A DNA stretch of 64,000 nucleotides from assembly GCA_016748015.1 (NCBI GenBank), contig JAAOMT010000441.1, forward strand, positions 310,001 to 374,000, given 5' to 3'. The first letter of the stretch is position 1; each line of letters opens with the position of its first letter. This DNA is from Geosiphon pyriformis uo1 (Eukaryota > Fungi > Glomeromycota). A program made the translations under genes and the position numbers. The notes beneath the pieces are model-generated. The model worked only from the letters and a program-made list of their open reading frames with translations. It searched no databases and was not told where the DNA came from. This document shows positions 61,499 through 64,000 of this stretch, in pieces.

Positions 61499-63339
61499 AT
61501 GCCAAAGCTTCTGCTTTTTTGAGCTTCTCTGGATTTCTACTTCTGTTATCTTTTGCTTTTTCTTCAGTTATTGTTGGTAATTCTTTGGTGCTGTTTCATT
61601 TGTTTTCTTTGAAATCTGATTCAACTAAGCTTTCTGCTTTGGTTAAATCTATTGTTAAGCTTATTGGCTTTCTGGTTACAACTTTTGAACAGTTTATTAA
61701 TGATAATTTGGTTTCAAGCAGTATTTTTAGCCTCAGAGTTAATGAACTTATAGTTTATCTGAGTTTTTTTTAGCAAAGTTATCAATAAGTTGGAAAGAAA
61801 AATGGTTTTTATAAAAAAAAATTATTGCATAAAAGATGTGAACATGTCTAATAACTCAGATCATTTAGTTGGTGTTAATAATAATACATTTTCTAATTTA
61901 ATGTCTCTCTGAATACATAAATCTAATAGTGTTAAAACTAATCTCTTGAAAACACCTAAGTAACTGGTTAGATTAGTTTCTTATAGTATTTAGTTATTTA
62001 ATATAGTTTAAAGGATATTGGCTTTAAGTAATTTTATTTCTATTGTAATAATATAATATAGTCTGAACTGGTTTGAGTTACTAATTACATGTAAAAAGCA
62101 TGTAAACTATATTTAGTCTAGAATACTAAGTTTATTTTTAATTTCTAAATAGTAGTTGGGCCATATTTATTAAACCAAAATAAAAATAAATAAATATATA
62201 ATATTATATTTTATAATTTAATTATATTATTTAAAGTAGTTGAGCCATACTCATAAAATGCATAATAATAATAAAATTATTTAAAGATTTTATTAATTTT
62301 AAAATTTTTACAATTAAGTTTTTTGTATAAAAAACAGAAATTTATTATTAATTATTTTTAAATGTTTTATTTTTTAGTATAATAATTAGTTTATTTTGGT
62401 GTTTTTTATTTTTTTAATAAGTTATTAAACTTGTTATATTTTAATTTTATATTTAAATTTATATTTTTTATTAAATTATTTATAATATTATAATTTTGAT
62501 ATTTATTTTTTATTTAATTAATTTAATAATAATAACAAAATACAAACAAAAAATAAAGCAAAAAAATTATATTTTATTAATAATTCTAATTAAAAATTAT
62601 TATTTTAGTATATTAAAATTCTTAAATATTTATTTTTAATATTAATTACTTGTAAAATAAGATAAATATTATAATAAATAAAATTTATGTAATTTTTTCT
62701 GGTTTTAATTAATAAGTTTTATTAATTTATAAATTGAAAATAACAAAATAAGTTAGATTTAAATTAAGTTAATTGTTTTTAATAAATTAAAAATTAATAA
62801 AATTAAATAAAATCAAAAATGGTTTTTTTATTTTTAATAATAATATTATATATATATAAATAATATAAAATATTTTGGTATTTTTGGCTATTTTTTTACT
62901 TTTTTTTAGCTATTATTAATATTATTAGTATTTTTACTAGTATTTCTATAATTTTTAATACTTTTAATATTTTTAAAATTCTTATAATTATTTTTAAAAA
63001 TTTTGATATTAAATTATTTTATTAACTTTAATATATAATTGGCTAATATATTTTATATGTTTAATATTAATTATTTTTTCTATTTTTTATTAATAACAAT
63101 AGCAATTATTTTATGTAATAAATATTTAATAATTAAAAGATTATAAACAAAACAAAAACAAAAATTTAAAGTCTAATTTTTTAATAATATTATATGTTTA
63201 CTTTGTTTAATTTTATTATATATCTTATATATTAAAAATAAAATATTGTAAAATATTTTAAATTTTAAATATTTAAATTATTAATTTTTTTATTAATTAA
63301 TATAATTAAATATAAATATAAATTTTTTTTTTATTAACT

Positions 63340-64000
63340 TTTAATGAGTAAGGCCCAAAAGCCACTTAGTACAATATATCAAACTAAGTGATCTAAACTA
63401 GGCACAAATCATGCATTTTCTACATGTGACCAACCACTTGGACCAATCAGAGCAACACTATGAATCTAACAGAACAGAAACCATACTATTTACATCAGAA
63501 AAAAAACAGCAATGTTTACAAAAACCAAAACAGACACCAAGTGCTTCAGCAATTCCAAGCAATTTAATCACCTCAACTAAAAACATACATGACAAACCAC
63601 AAGTTGCAGAATACACAGAACCATCAAGTAAAATTAAACCGCTTTTTTCTATCAAAGCCCTATATTTAGCACTAATCAACTAAATATCCATGCAGTAAGC
63701 AGTACCCAATTCTTGAATAAAATCAACAATAAATTTTCTTGCGACCTTGGCATTACCCAGAATGGACGTAGCTTTCTGAACCCAATCTTTGAACACAAAG
63801 TCTTTGCTTACGGTGGTATACAATACATTATCAGATATACACAAAAAAAGCACCTATAAGACACAAAATAAAGGTAAGTTCAATTCAGACACATAATGCT
63901 ACTTGGCCAGATAAGATGCAAAAATGCTTATATAGGCATTAAAGTTAAATGTACAAACAAAAAAGTGGTCAGAACTTTTCACTTCATTACAGTGCAGACA
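63340..64000 (-). mobile_element. LINE copy F, 3' end (continues beyond the window)
   Basis: ORF2 C-terminus (GVCFGFCKHCCFFS, stop at 63458) and conserved 3' UTR 63340-63457. Confidence 0.88.

Larger units (their letters stand above)
51185..62175 (+). mobile_element. ORF1-only retroelement copy E3 (~2.27 kb net), interrupted by a solo LTR and a full Gypsy element
   Basis: Segments 51185-51775, 52756-53768 and 61499-62175 join seamlessly (RLLLVL/KAKQ; YA/KASA). No EN/RT sequence; ends in a LINE-like 3' UTR (62080-62175) and an A-rich tail. Confidence 0.87.

Overview
Eukaryotic, AT-rich, transposon-dominated window. The short GT-AG introns and the kinase-Sel1 gene suggest an early-diverging fungus, probably Glomeromycotina (inference). 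A ~9 kb CpG-retaining host island (~24.6-33.4 kb) holds two intron-containing genes: a non-RD protein kinase with C-terminal Sel1 repeats and a Sac7/Bag7-like RhoGAP. The rest is nested, mutationally eroded retroelements. There are four near-full-length non-LTR (LINE) elements with ORF1 (RRM-like + CCHC) and ORF2 (APE-RT-RNaseH-CCHC), plus the 3' end of a fifth. There are three copies of a ~2.3 kb element encoding only an ORF1-like protein; the one traceable to its end carries the LINE 3' tail (HAL1-like, non-autonomous). One complete 7.7 kb Ty3/Gypsy element has LTRs, PBS, PPT, a 4-bp TSD, a -1 frameshift signal and an extra 3' ORF, and there are several solo or partial LTRs. TE copies are inactivated mostly by C>T/G>A transitions, grading into nearly GC-free DNA. 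Main leads: the ORF1-only family, a pseudoknot-like 3' RNA element shared with the LINEs, and LTR insertions whose 4-bp target duplications appear centred on ancestral CpG. All alignments and counts were done by eye.
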